Origin: Candidatus Babeliales bacterium
GTDB taxonomy: Bacteria; Babelota; Babeliae; Babelales; JANWKD01
DNA length: 64,000 nt
Reading direction: 5' to 3'
Assembly: GCA_963722075.1 (NCBI GenBank)
Contig: CAVRJM010000001.1
Span: 1,312,001 to 1,376,000, forward strand
Positions 29,729-39,784 of the stretch are shown one piece after another. Numbering within the stretch: the first letter of the stretch is position 1; the number at the start of each line of letters is the position of its first letter. The notes beneath the pieces were generated by a model, which searched no databases, was not told where the DNA came from, and saw only the letters and a program-made list of their open reading frames with translations. The position numbers were made by a program, and so were the translations under genes.

Positions 29729-30865
29729 ATGAAAAAGCTCTTATGGTGCATAGGGTTATTTGGATTATTGCCAATGGTTTATTCAATGGATGAAGAACAG
29801 CTTCAAGAAACGGTTATTGGCATTTCATATGAAGATCTACCAGTTGAATTACATTTCCATATTGCTAAATGTATCAGTGATGATATTGTTTCGGGGATTG
29901 AAAATTACCAGCAATTTCAAAAAGCACTTGATGCTTATAAAGTATTAGTCAATATTGGTTTAGTATCTCATTATCATGATGAACTGGTTAAAAGCCTTCA
30001 TATTCCTGCCAACTTTCCCCTCAATATTTCTTCTGATAATGCTTTAACAGAAATTGATGAGCAATTAGCTAAAAAATCACGCCAGAAGGAAAATGTGATT
30101 GGCTTAAAAATACATTTGTTGGCGGAAGAATTAAGGCAATTTCCTGATCTTAGCACTATTGATGAAAAAGTATGTTCCGATGATGAAACGCGCGGTTTTA
30201 TTCGAAAAGGGTTGGTTACCTTATTGAGCAGGGAACTATATAAACATCCTCATTTTGATAAGGGTCTGTTCTCGAAAGAAAATATTGAGGTTCTTTCAAC
30301 AAAAAATATATCTCCTGATTTTACTATTCAAGGTAAGCCATTATTGTTTTACTCAATGATGCTAGGCGATTGTGTTATTTGCGCTGATATAAGAAAAAGA
30401 GAGGAAGAACTTGGGTCTAGAAAAATAGATCGAGCAAAACATTATATATTTTATTTTTGTCCTCCTTATCGTGATAGATATCATTGGATTACTGATGTTT
30501 TTGGGGAAGAATACCCTGACTATCATTTTTTAAATACCTACTATGAAAAACAAGATGCGCAATGGGCAGAACGGAGAACAAAAGGGACATATGATATATA
30601 TCAGCAATCTAACATATGTTTATTGAGCCACACAGAAAAAAAGGCTGATCAGCTGTATGATGGGGATGAAAATGAAAAACACAAAAAGAGAATTGGGGAG
30701 AGCTTTTTATTTTTACAGGATTTTATGAAATCTGGTGGTACCGTTAGTAAGGTATATGGATTGACTCTCGAGGATGAATACATCAAAGATGCGATTGATG
30801 CTTTGAAGTTTGCCATAAATAAAGATGGTGTAGAATCTGTACAAGAAGCGGATCCAGCTTCATAA
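29729..30865 (+). CDS. Secreted hypothetical protein with F-box-like motif
   Basis: Signal peptide ...VYS followed by MDE; YEDLPVELHFHIAKCI. Confidence 0.7.
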   Translation: MKKLLWCIGLFGLLPMVYSMDEEQLQETVIGISYEDLPVELHFHIAKCISDDIVSGIENYQQFQKALDAYKVLVNIGLVSHYHDELVKSLHIPANFPLNISSDNALTEIDEQLAKKSRQKENVIGLKIHLLAEELRQFPDLSTIDEKVCSDDETRGFIRKGLVTLLSRELYKHPHFDKGLFSKENIEVLSTKNISPDFTIQGKPLLFYSMMLGDCVICADIRKREEELGSRKIDRAKHYIFYFCPPYRDRYHWITDVFGEEYPDYHFLNTYYEKQDAQWAERRTKGTYDIYQQSNICLLSHTEKKADQLYDGDENEKHKKRIGESFLFLQDFMKSGGTVSKVYGLTLEDEYIKDAIDALKFAINKDGVESVQEADPAS

Positions 30866-30913
30866 AGATCATATTTATTAATTTTATTCAAATAAATACC
30901 ATAGATTAACCAT

Positions 30914-31501
30914 CTAAAAAGTAAAACGAGCTAACTCTATATGAAATCCCTGATTTGAGGAAAATAAAATCAATTCATGTTTTCCCAATAAAAAATTATC
31001 CGAATAGTTTTTTATTGTGGAAGTTAGGATGGGCATGCTTTCTTGTTGGAACTTTCTCAAGTCTTTAGAAAAAGTGTTTTGTAATCGTGCTAGTGTAATA
31101 TGTGGTAAAAAAGCATTTGCATTTTCGTTTTGTCCAAATTGCTGAGTAAACAAAGTATATATATGTGATAAAACAGGCGAAGGTTGGGTTATTATTGCGA
31201 TTACTCCATGCTGCCCGACAAACTCTAATTTTATAGGCGAGCGGTAATCATATAATGAATAGGGCCCATATTGATGCATGTGCGTAGTAATACTATGTTG
31301 GCACTGTTCAATCAAGGCAGGAATCTCCATTTCTTGCCGTGGGCCAAAAAAATATATGGTCATATGCAATTGTTTTTGTAAGCGGATTGTAAGATCATAT
31401 TTTGTTAAAAGAGCTATTAGTTGATGTGCCAATACTTGTTGCAACTCTTTAAAAACTTCTTGATCGTTAAATGAAAGAGCAATGAATACATTTTGGGCCA
31501 T
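30914..31501 (-). CDS. 2H phosphoesterase (ThpR/LigT-like RNA 2',3'-cyclic phosphodiesterase)
   Basis: FIAL, LHMTI.F and FLPHITLAR (two HxT motifs). Confidence 0.85.
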   Translation of the reverse strand: MAQNVFIALSFNDQEVFKELQQVLAHQLIALLTKYDLTIRLQKQLHMTIYFFGPRQEMEIPALIEQCQHSITTHMHQYGPYSLYDYRSPIKLEFVGQHGVIAIITQPSPVLSHIYTLFTQQFGQNENANAFLPHITLARLQNTFSKDLRKFQQESMPILTSTIKNYSDNFLLGKHELILFSSNQGFHIELARFTF

Positions 31502-31540
31502 ATCGGTTCCGTACGAGGCGCTTAGTGTTCACATTTTAAA

Positions 31541-31741
31541 TTATAATTTAGTGGACCACCAGAGTAATGCTGCGGTGATGATTGCATTAGTGATAATTGC
31601 CACAATATTTAATTGGGAAGTCCATGTTAGAGAAAAAAATTGTATTGGCAGTACATGAAAATAACTGAGCATAATATGGCTTAAAGTATGGAAGGCTTCG
31701 ACTCCAGCAAAAAAGATCACGATTTCTTTTTTTGACCACAT
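31541..31741 (-). CDS. Small two-TM membrane protein
   Basis: AAGGAG RBS before MWSKKE; two hydrophobic helices. Confidence 0.7.
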   Translation of the reverse strand: MWSKKEIVIFFAGVEAFHTLSHIMLSYFHVLPIQFFSLTWTSQLNIVAIITNAIITAALLWWSTKL

Positions 31742-31814
31742 AAAAATTCTCCTTTTAGTTTTTGCACTCATTATGCACTAGCATTTTTTATGAAATCAAT
31801 ATTTTTCAACATTT

Positions 31815-31982
31815 GTCATCCTGAGCCGCGTGAGCGGCGTGAGGATCCAGTATAAAAATAAAAAATCAAAATTTTTTTTGAAATTACAAGGAGTGATTTA
31901 GTTACTGGATCCTCACGTCACTTCGTTCCTCAGGATGACATTCGTATGTTTGTCATTCTGAGCGTTAGTGTAAGAATCCAGT
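31815..31982. repeat. Three family-1 repeats > < > (31815-31851, 31904-31939, 31952-31982)
   Basis: GTCATCCTGAG...GTGAGGATCCAGT and variants. Confidence 0.9.
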
Positions 31983-32028
31983 GATAAATAAAATACCTTA
32001 TAAAAATAAAGAACACAGAAAAATACTA

Positions 32029-33411
32029 TTATCTAAAGGGTGCCTGTGCAATAAAATCTATATATCGATACGCACTATTTCGTAACGTACGTGTATAGGT
32101 TTTAAAATCAACTTCAAAAAGACCAAATTTCTTACCATAACCCATGTCCCATTCAAAATTGTCCATGAGGCTCCAATAATAATATCCTTTAACATTATAA
32201 TGCTCATCAATTGCTTGTTGTACTGCGCCTAAATACTCAATAAAAAATTGTTCACGCAAGGTATCATCATGATCAGCAATACCATTTTCGCTAATAAAGA
32301 TAGGAAGTCCGGCTTTAGAAACAACTACAATTGCATCATATAATCCTTTGCCATGCAGTGGATATGGCATATTGGTCATTGTTTCATGATCATGGCATGA
32401 TGGTACCACGTTAAATGGATTTGTAAGGGTTGGCTCATGTTTGATAATCACATGCGAATAATAATTCAACCCAAAAAAATCGAATGGTTTTTTACCGCCG
32501 GGGGCTTTATAGGTAAAAAATGAAGGGGCTAGTTGATCAATCCCTTTTGGTAGGAATGCTGAAACTAATTGAGGAGCCCAGGGTTTAATTTCAAATGTTC
32601 CCGTTGTGCAAAATTCGATAACCGTTTCATTCAATAAATAATTAAAGAGATAGCCGGGAAAACGCTCTAAAATATTCCAGGCATTATACGGTTCAAACAT
32701 TAAATATGAGTGCGCAATACCAATGTGTGTTTCTTTAGTACCCGCCATTTTTTTGAGGGCATAATACACATGGGTATGTGCTTTCATTAAATTTCTTAAT
32801 ACTTTCAAACCTAATAGGGGGTTAATGTTACCCGGCGGATAGGCGCCTCTGAAATAGGCTTGCAATAATAAAACCGTTGGCTCATTGATGGTGCACCACA
32901 GAGATACTTGGTCGCCAATCGTTTCGTATACTTTTTTACTGAAACGAACGAAATACGGAATGTTTTCTTCTTTTTCAAATCCGCCCTTATCTTCAAACCA
33001 TTGAGGCACCGTGAAATGATACAAAGTTACAAATACTTCAATTCCATTATCAATAAAGGCTTGAATGTAGTTGCGATAATAGGCAAGTGCTTCTTGATTA
33101 AAAACACCCTCGTGAGGCTCTATAATACTCCATTCAATTGAAAGACGTACATGCTTAAGGCCTAATTGCTTGATAAGCTGAATATCTTCTTGATAACGGT
33201 TCCAATGATCGCAGGCAAATCCTGATTGTTCATTATTTTCGATGGAACCATCTTTTTTTTCCCATCGCGCCCAATTACTATTTGGAAATTGATTTGCGCC
33301 ACAATTTTGATAGGCCGAAAGGGATATTCCCCATTTAAAATCAGTGGGAAAAGGTAATGAGAAAATGCTATTAAAAGCAACTAGCGATAAAAAAAATAAT
33401 TGTTTAAACAC
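32029..33411 (-). CDS. Glycoside hydrolase family 1 (beta-glucosidase) with signal peptide
   Basis: FP.DFKWG, RLSIEWS, TINEP (acid/base), ISENG (nucleophile), WSLMDNFEW. Confidence 0.93.
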   Translation of the reverse strand: MFKQLFFLSLVAFNSIFSLPFPTDFKWGISLSAYQNCGANQFPNSNWARWEKKDGSIENNEQSGFACDHWNRYQEDIQLIKQLGLKHVRLSIEWSIIEPHEGVFNQEALAYYRNYIQAFIDNGIEVFVTLYHFTVPQWFEDKGGFEKEENIPYFVRFSKKVYETIGDQVSLWCTINEPTVLLLQAYFRGAYPPGNINPLLGLKVLRNLMKAHTHVYYALKKMAGTKETHIGIAHSYLMFEPYNAWNILERFPGYLFNYLLNETVIEFCTTGTFEIKPWAPQLVSAFLPKGIDQLAPSFFTYKAPGGKKPFDFFGLNYYSHVIIKHEPTLTNPFNVVPSCHDHETMTNMPYPLHGKGLYDAIVVVSKAGLPIFISENGIADHDDTLREQFFIEYLGAVQQAIDEHYNVKGYYYWSLMDNFEWDMGYGKKFGLFEVDFKTYTRTLRNSAYRYIDFIAQAPFR

Positions 33412-33598
33412 AATAACTCCATAAATACAATAATATTATTATTTTTAAGAATACATGAATGATTTATAATGTAAATTTATTTATTTCTTTATTTTCAAAT
33501 TGTATATTTAAATAAAATATTGTATTTGATAAGCATTTTTTTTACGGTAGCTTAGAGGATTGATGAGGTAGTGCATAGTTTATGGTGAGTGTAATGGT

Positions 33599-33887
33599 AT
33601 GAATATAAAAAAGAAAAAGAAGAAATATTGGGTGAAGAAGGTGCAAGAAACGTCTTTTGCGATGGATTTGCCCGAGGGAATTTTTACGTGGCCGGCACAT
33701 GAGATAGCCGTCGGATTAAAAAAGGCGGTTTTGGCAAGTAATCGAACAAAAGGAACCAAATTCCAATCAGCTATGTCGATGCTTAATTATTATATTAATC
33801 GAGCGGGTAAAAAGTTACCGGCTTGTAGATAAAAAAAGATTGGAGCAAGCAAAGATAGAATTACGAAAAATTTTTAATAAAATATAA
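33599..33887 (+). CDS. DUF3175-family protein, frameshifted near 33820
   Basis: FQSAMSMLNYYINRAGK motif; the C-terminus DKKRLEQAKIELRKIF lies in another frame ending at TAA 33887. Confidence 0.75.
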
Positions 33888-34011
33888 AGTTTTAACATTA
33901 TTGACTTTTACTACTGGCGTTTCTAATGTGTAAGTAACATTTTAACATGAGTTTGATATAAACTTTATCCTCCCCGAATCAAATTCATGTGTTTTTAAAA
34001 AAGGAGAAGCA

Positions 34012-34389
34012 ATGAAACGTCTATTTTTTTTAGTATCTGTTATCGTATTATCATATTCATCGTTATTTAGCGCATCACGGACTCTCTATAAAAACGGACA
34101 ACCCGTTACTGATGTACAGGAAATAAAAAGAGCGGTTAGTGAATTTAAAGAACGCGATTATTTTATAGTTAGTAACGTTGTTGGCATGGTGGTTAATTTA
34201 ATAAAGTTATTACAGGCTGATAATTATCCTGAAGAAAAACAATGTTCTTATAATTTTTTAAATGGTGTTATTAATTTAGTCAACTCTATTACCCGTTCAG
34301 TATTGACACCTGATCAAAAGGAAGAGCTTGTTCATGAAATTATAATGATATGTAGAAATGCTGCACATCATGCCCCAAAATATCAATAG
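34012..34389 (+). CDS. Hypothetical secreted protein
   Basis: AAGGAG RBS, signal peptide. Confidence 0.7.
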   Translation: MKRLFFLVSVIVLSYSSLFSASRTLYKNGQPVTDVQEIKRAVSEFKERDYFIVSNVVGMVVNLIKLLQADNYPEEKQCSYNFLNGVINLVNSITRSVLTPDQKEELVHEIIMICRNAAHHAPKYQ

Positions 34390-34407
34390 CGTTTGTGTTA
34401 CATTGGC

Positions 34408-36528
34408 ATGAACCGTGTTTATATTTTTTTTGTATGCGTATTATTTATAATACCCCTGAATGCACAAAAATTGTTGCTCATTGATACTGGGTTTAATGAC
34501 CCTTATCATTACCATAATTTTTCCTTGTTGGCACGATCAGTGGGATTTGATCCGGCTATTGTTCCTTTTTATGAAGTTACCCCGACACTTATCAATCAAA
34601 GCAATTGCATAATACTTGTAATTGATGAAAATGCGGCACATAATTTTTTTCTTCATACTGATGCTGATCTGCTTGTTCAAAAAATGAAGAATATCTTTGA
34701 ACTATTAAAGCAACAGGAAAGTAAGCTTGTATGTTTATGGTTTCCTTCAAAAATGGGAGAGTCAATTAAAGAAACGATCGATCATGCATTAGCGATTACT
34801 AAAGCTGCATGCGCAATTCCTCATTCCTTACAGGGGCAGCTGCCTGCATTTTTTAAATTTCTATTTCAACCTGATTATAAAAGAAGTAGTGAATATCATA
34901 CCAGTTTATTAACTAAACATGATCACACCAAGAAAAAGATGGTGCTTCCCTATAAACCCCATATGGTAGTACGAAGGTGTTCAAACGATATCATTAGTAC
35001 CACCTTACCACTAGGAGCATTTCCGTTAGGCTGGTATGGAGCACATCCGCATCTCAATATGCAGTTTTTTATTACTAAAACGAGTTTAATGACCTTTGCC
35101 GAAATAACGGAGCAGTTTACCTATAATCCATTTGATTTTGCAACGCGTCTTAAAAAATTAAATGAACTTCAACAGCTTTTAGACGAATTATATAATGCAT
35201 TGCTTTTAGGAAAAATATCAACTGGTACCCATTTACAAAAACCGCCGTTACCAGCGATATTTAATGAACAGCAGGTAATCAATGAAAAAAACAATGCTCA
35301 GGCATTACGTGCTTATGAGATTAAACATTCGCTTTATGATTGGATTGATAAACAAAAAATATGGGCAGGTCTTATCACCCTTGATGCATACAAGAATAAA
35401 GAGCAAGAAGCTGCAGATACCTTATTATCATCGGGACTTAATCTGTTATGGGTTGAATTATGTCCTGAATTATATTTAAGTAAAAATGGGGTTAAAAAGG
35501 ATCAAAAAGATATTTTTTGGCAGCAACTGGCACAATTTACCAATGCATTATATGAAAGAGCGCTTATGCGTAATCAGCGGCCGCCATTTTTATATGTTGG
35601 GTTTGAGCTTACCGGTAACTTTAATGAAACAATAAAGAACCCAGTGGTAGATTCTTATGGAAAAGTATACACAAAAATACCATCTCCCTTTGATTTTGAG
35701 CAGGTATGGAATAAAGAATTGCTGGAGCCGTTAGATATACTGGTACGCGATTGGTCAAAATATAATAACGTGCCAATTTCGGGTATTTTTCTAGATTTTG
35801 AAATGTATCATGCTAAAAACCAAGCAAGTCAATATAATGCGGATATGGATTTTTCTGATTGTGCATGGACATTATATTGTAAGGTTACTAAACAACGGCA
35901 TGCTGCACTCTTAAAAGCACATGATGCACGTATTTCTTTTTTAATGAAACAAAACAAATGGAAAGAATATTTTTCTGTTTTAGAAAATGAAGCTTACTTG
36001 CTAGGCAAAAAAATCAAAGAGCATATAAAGAAAATAGTACCGCAGGCGCTTATTGCAATATACAATATTTATCCTCCTTATAACTGGTTTTATAATGGAA
36101 TGATTGGTGGATTAAGTAGCCCGCAAGAACCGGCTCTATTAGCTACATTTAATAATGATTTTTATTCTCATAATCGGATGTTTCGTGCTCATAAGATTTA
36201 TGCCTATCATATGCCCGTATTTTTGTTATCTAAATTTAAAGAACCAGCTGATTTTGAACTTATTAATACGGTAGGGATGCCATTTCATGATGGCGTATGG
36301 TTTAATCGAATCTCTCGCCTACAAGAATCACGAAACCCAAAAGATTGGTCATGGGATTTTGGCGTTGAAGTTACGCCATTATCTACTTCTGTTTTTACTA
36401 AACAGCTGGCAAAACATATGAGCACTATACAAGAGCACGCAGCACCGCATACTAAAAATAATACGCAACCGATAATCCCGCTAAATAACTGCTGGGCGTT
36501 TGAGGAACACGCGAATAGAAAGAAATAG
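34408..36528 (+). CDS. Large secreted hypothetical protein, possible glycoside-hydrolase-like TIM barrel in the C-terminal half
   Basis: Signal peptide MNRVYIFF...LNA; GLNLLWV, PSPFD, GIFLDFEMY pattern. Confidence 0.65.
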   Translation: MNRVYIFFVCVLFIIPLNAQKLLLIDTGFNDPYHYHNFSLLARSVGFDPAIVPFYEVTPTLINQSNCIILVIDENAAHNFFLHTDADLLVQKMKNIFELLKQQESKLVCLWFPSKMGESIKETIDHALAITKAACAIPHSLQGQLPAFFKFLFQPDYKRSSEYHTSLLTKHDHTKKKMVLPYKPHMVVRRCSNDIISTTLPLGAFPLGWYGAHPHLNMQFFITKTSLMTFAEITEQFTYNPFDFATRLKKLNELQQLLDELYNALLLGKISTGTHLQKPPLPAIFNEQQVINEKNNAQALRAYEIKHSLYDWIDKQKIWAGLITLDAYKNKEQEAADTLLSSGLNLLWVELCPELYLSKNGVKKDQKDIFWQQLAQFTNALYERALMRNQRPPFLYVGFELTGNFNETIKNPVVDSYGKVYTKIPSPFDFEQVWNKELLEPLDILVRDWSKYNNVPISGIFLDFEMYHAKNQASQYNADMDFSDCAWTLYCKVTKQRHAALLKAHDARISFLMKQNKWKEYFSVLENEAYLLGKKIKEHIKKIVPQALIAIYNIYPPYNWFYNGMIGGLSSPQEPALLATFNNDFYSHNRMFRAHKIYAYHMPVFLLSKFKEPADFELINTVGMPFHDGVWFNRISRLQESRNPKDWSWDFGVEVTPLSTSVFTKQLAKHMSTIQEHAAPHTKNNTQPIIPLNNCWAFEEHANRKK

Positions 36529-37270
36529 TGCCTAATATACCAGCATGAAAATAAAAATTTTTATAGAAATAACGTACCGTTGGTCCGATATACGCAGCGT
36601 GTCCGCCAGTGGTTGGGTCAATAACACCGTTGACGCGATCTGCTTGTTGATAAAGGCCAAAAAATTCCAATAAAATGGTTAGATAATGATCATGATGGCA
36701 AAAAGTTCTACCGCCTCCCCAATCATATAAAATAAAGCTGCCTGTTTTACGCTCTTCATGTTTACCTACGCCAATGAACCATAAATCAGAAAAATAAAAC
36801 CAATTTAGCGTCATCATATCTTGCATAATACCTACAAAACCGTTAAATGCTTTTAAGCTAAATAAGGTAACTTGGCTAATGGTAGTAGTTGGAAAACCAA
36901 AACCGCTGGTTACAATAAATCTATATTGAAAATCATCATAGCGTTTAAAATACAGGCGATAATTAAACTGCATGGTAAAGTCACCAAGTCCAGTAGATGG
37001 TTCTCCTTCTACGACTGATTTTTTACTTACAACCGCTAAATTAGGTAATATAGTCAGATTTTCGGTGACCCCATAGATCATATAATTAAGCAGAAAATAA
37101 TTGGGTTGTACGGTATTTTCAAAAAAAAATACTTCTTCCAATTTAAAGGTGTTTTTATCTATAACGCTATGTAAAGGACCAAAAAGAGAATTTATCGTAT
37201 ATCTTAATAATGGACAATCGGCATTAATGGATGAGATACTCAGTAGTAAAAGAAGTAACAGATGCATCAT
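36452..37270 (-). CDS. Putative outer-membrane beta-barrel protein (paralog 1)
   Basis: Signal peptide, amphipathic beta strands, YGVTE, GLGD, DPTTGG...GP.VR, C-terminal AYYF. Confidence 0.7.
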   Translation of the reverse strand: MMHLLLLLLLSISSINADCPLLRYTINSLFGPLHSVIDKNTFKLEEVFFFENTVQPNYFLLNYMIYGVTENLTILPNLAVVSKKSVVEGEPSTGLGDFTMQFNYRLYFKRYDDFQYRFIVTSGFGFPTTTISQVTLFSLKAFNGFVGIMQDMMTLNWFYFSDLWFIGVGKHEERKTGSFILYDWGGGRTFCHHDHYLTILLEFFGLYQQADRVNGVIDPTTGGHAAYIGPTVRYFYKNFYFHAGILGTISFYSRVPQTPSSYLAGLSVAYYF

Positions 37271-37383
37271 TTCTCGTCTCTTTTTTTGATTAGTTATTAT
37301 TGAGTTTTATATCATTATTTAATTAAAGATTAAAGTTTTGTTTTGGAGAACCTTGCTCAATTGATCAGAATTTACAAATGTTC

Positions 37384-37506
37384 GTCATCACGAGCTTTCC
37401 GTCGTCGCTTTTTACTTTGATAATATCAATTTATCCTTCTTTATAAGCTATGCCGGACAAGGCGTGGGGACTGCGTCCGCCGAAGTTTTAACGAAGGCTG
37501 GATCCA
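37384..37506 (+). repeat. Family-1 repeat carrying two nested family-2 hairpins
   Basis: Closely matches the reverse complement of 58666-58754, with an extra AT-rich insert in one loop. Confidence 0.85.
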
Positions 37507-37527
37507 TTAATAAAATTCATTACCTTA

Positions 37528-38376
37528 CTAAAAAGTATATGCTATAAGTCCACCAATAAAATATTTAATATCCTCAGCAGTTTCTTCTCGTACAAAACGT
37601 GAAACGATATATTGAATGCCGCCTTGAATTAAAAAGGATTTAGTTTCAAGGCGAAGCGTTGGTCCTGCCAAAAGAAGGTTTGAGCCGGTAGTAAGATCCA
37701 ATGAGCCATTAACCCTATCGGGCAATGAAAAAAAATCACTCATTTCTAAAAAACAAGTGAAATAATGATTGCTTTTAAAACAAAATATATGGCCAACCCC
37801 AATATCAAACAAGAGTAAATTGCCAAATTTTATATGATTTTTTTTTGTATTAATAATGCTGCCAAAATCAGTATAAATATACCATCCGTCAATTGACATG
37901 GCATCTTGAACGATGCCTAAGAAAAAATTAGTTCTGTTAAAGCTATAAAAAGTTCGTATTGCAACCGTTGAGGTGGGAAAATGTATCCCTGCTATTCCAA
38001 TAATTCTATAACGATGATTATTTGTTTCGTTTTTATAAAGTAAGTAGTCAAAATCTAAAAAAATATCAGCAAGACCGGTTTTTGGTCCAGGAAATTTGGT
38101 TGAAGTTTGACTATATACAGGGATAGTAAGAATTCCGGTAAGTTTTTCAGTAATACCATAATAGGCAAGTGTGCCGACAAAAGTTCCTGAATGTGGCTTT
38201 TGGTTAATAAAAAAAAATTCTTCACCTATACCAAATTCATATTTTGGTAAAATGGTATGGCCGAAGCTAAATAACGGTCCAATTCCCTCGGGTGCCAGAT
38301 GCGTACAATTCCAACCTAGCATGTTATGAAAGATTGAAAGAAAAATAAATAAAATAAATGTTTTGTTTTTGTACAT
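37528..38376 (-). CDS. Putative outer-membrane beta-barrel protein (paralog 2)
   Basis: GPLFSFG, YYGITE, GLAD, DLTTGSN...GPTLR, C-terminal AYTF. Confidence 0.7.
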   Translation of the reverse strand: MYKNKTFILFIFLSIFHNMLGWNCTHLAPEGIGPLFSFGHTILPKYEFGIGEEFFFINQKPHSGTFVGTLAYYGITEKLTGILTIPVYSQTSTKFPGPKTGLADIFLDFDYLLYKNETNNHRYRIIGIAGIHFPTSTVAIRTFYSFNRTNFFLGIVQDAMSIDGWYIYTDFGSIINTKKNHIKFGNLLLFDIGVGHIFCFKSNHYFTCFLEMSDFFSLPDRVNGSLDLTTGSNLLLAGPTLRLETKSFLIQGGIQYIVSRFVREETAEDIKYFIGGLIAYTF

Positions 38377-38516
38377 GCTTTGCAATATTGCTACTGAATG
38401 GTTTAATTGTTTTTTATGGTACTGCAATAGGTAATATAATACAAGTAGGAGAACATATTATTTATTGGCTGGGTCCTTACGTTCCGTCTCCATTGAACTC
38501 GTTGCATCAATTTATT

Positions 38517-39692
38517 TCATAATGCCGTAATATGAAAGAGCTGGGTGAATTTATCTAAAATAGTAGTCCGTTTTTGAATCCAAGATGGTAAAATTCGTTG
38601 TGCATATTCAATAAAATCATTTAATCCAATGCCCAGTTGATAGTTGCTTACCTGATCATAAATTTTTTCAGGGAAAGCAATGCCAATACCAAATAAATGA
38701 GGGGCAATAATTCCTGAAGAACCATCATAATGATCATATAAGGTGTAATCACCATTGATAGGTGGTAATTGATTTCGCTCAAAGCCAATAGCGTAAATTA
38801 TTTTATTACAAATGGGGAGCCATGCATCTAATGCTGCTGGATTATTGAAAAGACGTATGAGATGTGCGGGGGGATTTTTTTCTAATACATTCATTGCCCA
38901 ACGCGCTGTTTCTCCTTTTAATCCCGCTTCACTTTCAATAATAATCCCGCTCGGGTTTTCAATAGCATATTGAATTGGTTTATTGTAAAAATTAATAATT
39001 CTTTTTACCGAAAGCTCTGAAAGATATTTTAAAATTAAAATTGCTGAATGAGCGCTGCCAATCACTGCTATTGAATCGGTGGCGCATACTTGTGCTTCTA
39101 ACACTGTTTTATCAAGCGCCATATCAAGAGGAATTTGTGTTGCATTGGCGGTATATTGAAGGGTTTTAGGATGAGAACCAGTAGCGAGCACTACATTGTG
39201 TGCAAAAACCAGATCATTTTCGATTCCTATTTGCCAGACATCATTATTAAAATCGAGTGAAACAAGATTACTTTGAATGGAAATGACTTGTGCGCGCAAG
39301 TAGTTGGTAATATCTTGGAGCGGATCAACTATAATTTTAAGCTGATATTCCTTCTCAGGATCATGAGCATATAATTGTGCAATAGAAGGCGTTTGTATTT
39401 GTTGAAATGTTTTACAGCATTGGAGAAATTCTACAAAATATTTGGTTTGAGTATTACTGGGGACATTGGGGTAATATTCGCCTAATCTTCCCACTTTAAA
39501 TTGAGGGTCAATCCAAATAATAGTATCAGCAGGAACTCCTAAATCAAGTAATAGACCGACCGTGCTAATACCTGCACAGCCAGCGCCAATGACAGCCCAG
39601 CCAGCGTATTGAGGTTTTATGTTTTCTTGGGTGTAAAGTTGACATCCGGTTACTAAGATAAGAAATAGTGTGCCAATAAAGAAACGATTCAT
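38517..39692 (-). CDS. FAD-dependent oxidoreductase with N-terminal signal
   Basis: AVIGAGCAG, LATGSHP, IGSAHSA, YAIGF. Confidence 0.85.
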   Translation of the reverse strand: MNRFFIGTLFLILVTGCQLYTQENIKPQYAGWAVIGAGCAGISTVGLLLDLGVPADTIIWIDPQFKVGRLGEYYPNVPSNTQTKYFVEFLQCCKTFQQIQTPSIAQLYAHDPEKEYQLKIIVDPLQDITNYLRAQVISIQSNLVSLDFNNDVWQIGIENDLVFAHNVVLATGSHPKTLQYTANATQIPLDMALDKTVLEAQVCATDSIAVIGSAHSAILILKYLSELSVKRIINFYNKPIQYAIENPSGIIIESEAGLKGETARWAMNVLEKNPPAHLIRLFNNPAALDAWLPICNKIIYAIGFERNQLPPINGDYTLYDHYDGSSGIIAPHLFGIGIAFPEKIYDQVSNYQLGIGLNDFIEYAQRILPSWIQKRTTILDKFTQLFHITAL

Positions 39693-39784
39693 ATTTTTCC
39701 CCTACATGAAAAAAACTTTTATTAATCTTTATTGAGTTTATAAAAATTTGATTTGTTATTTCAACCTCAGGAGATATAGTGGCG

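Noticed and set aside
38468..38485. CTGGGTCCTTACG as a family-1 repeat
   Set aside because: Only a degenerate half unit with no partner stem
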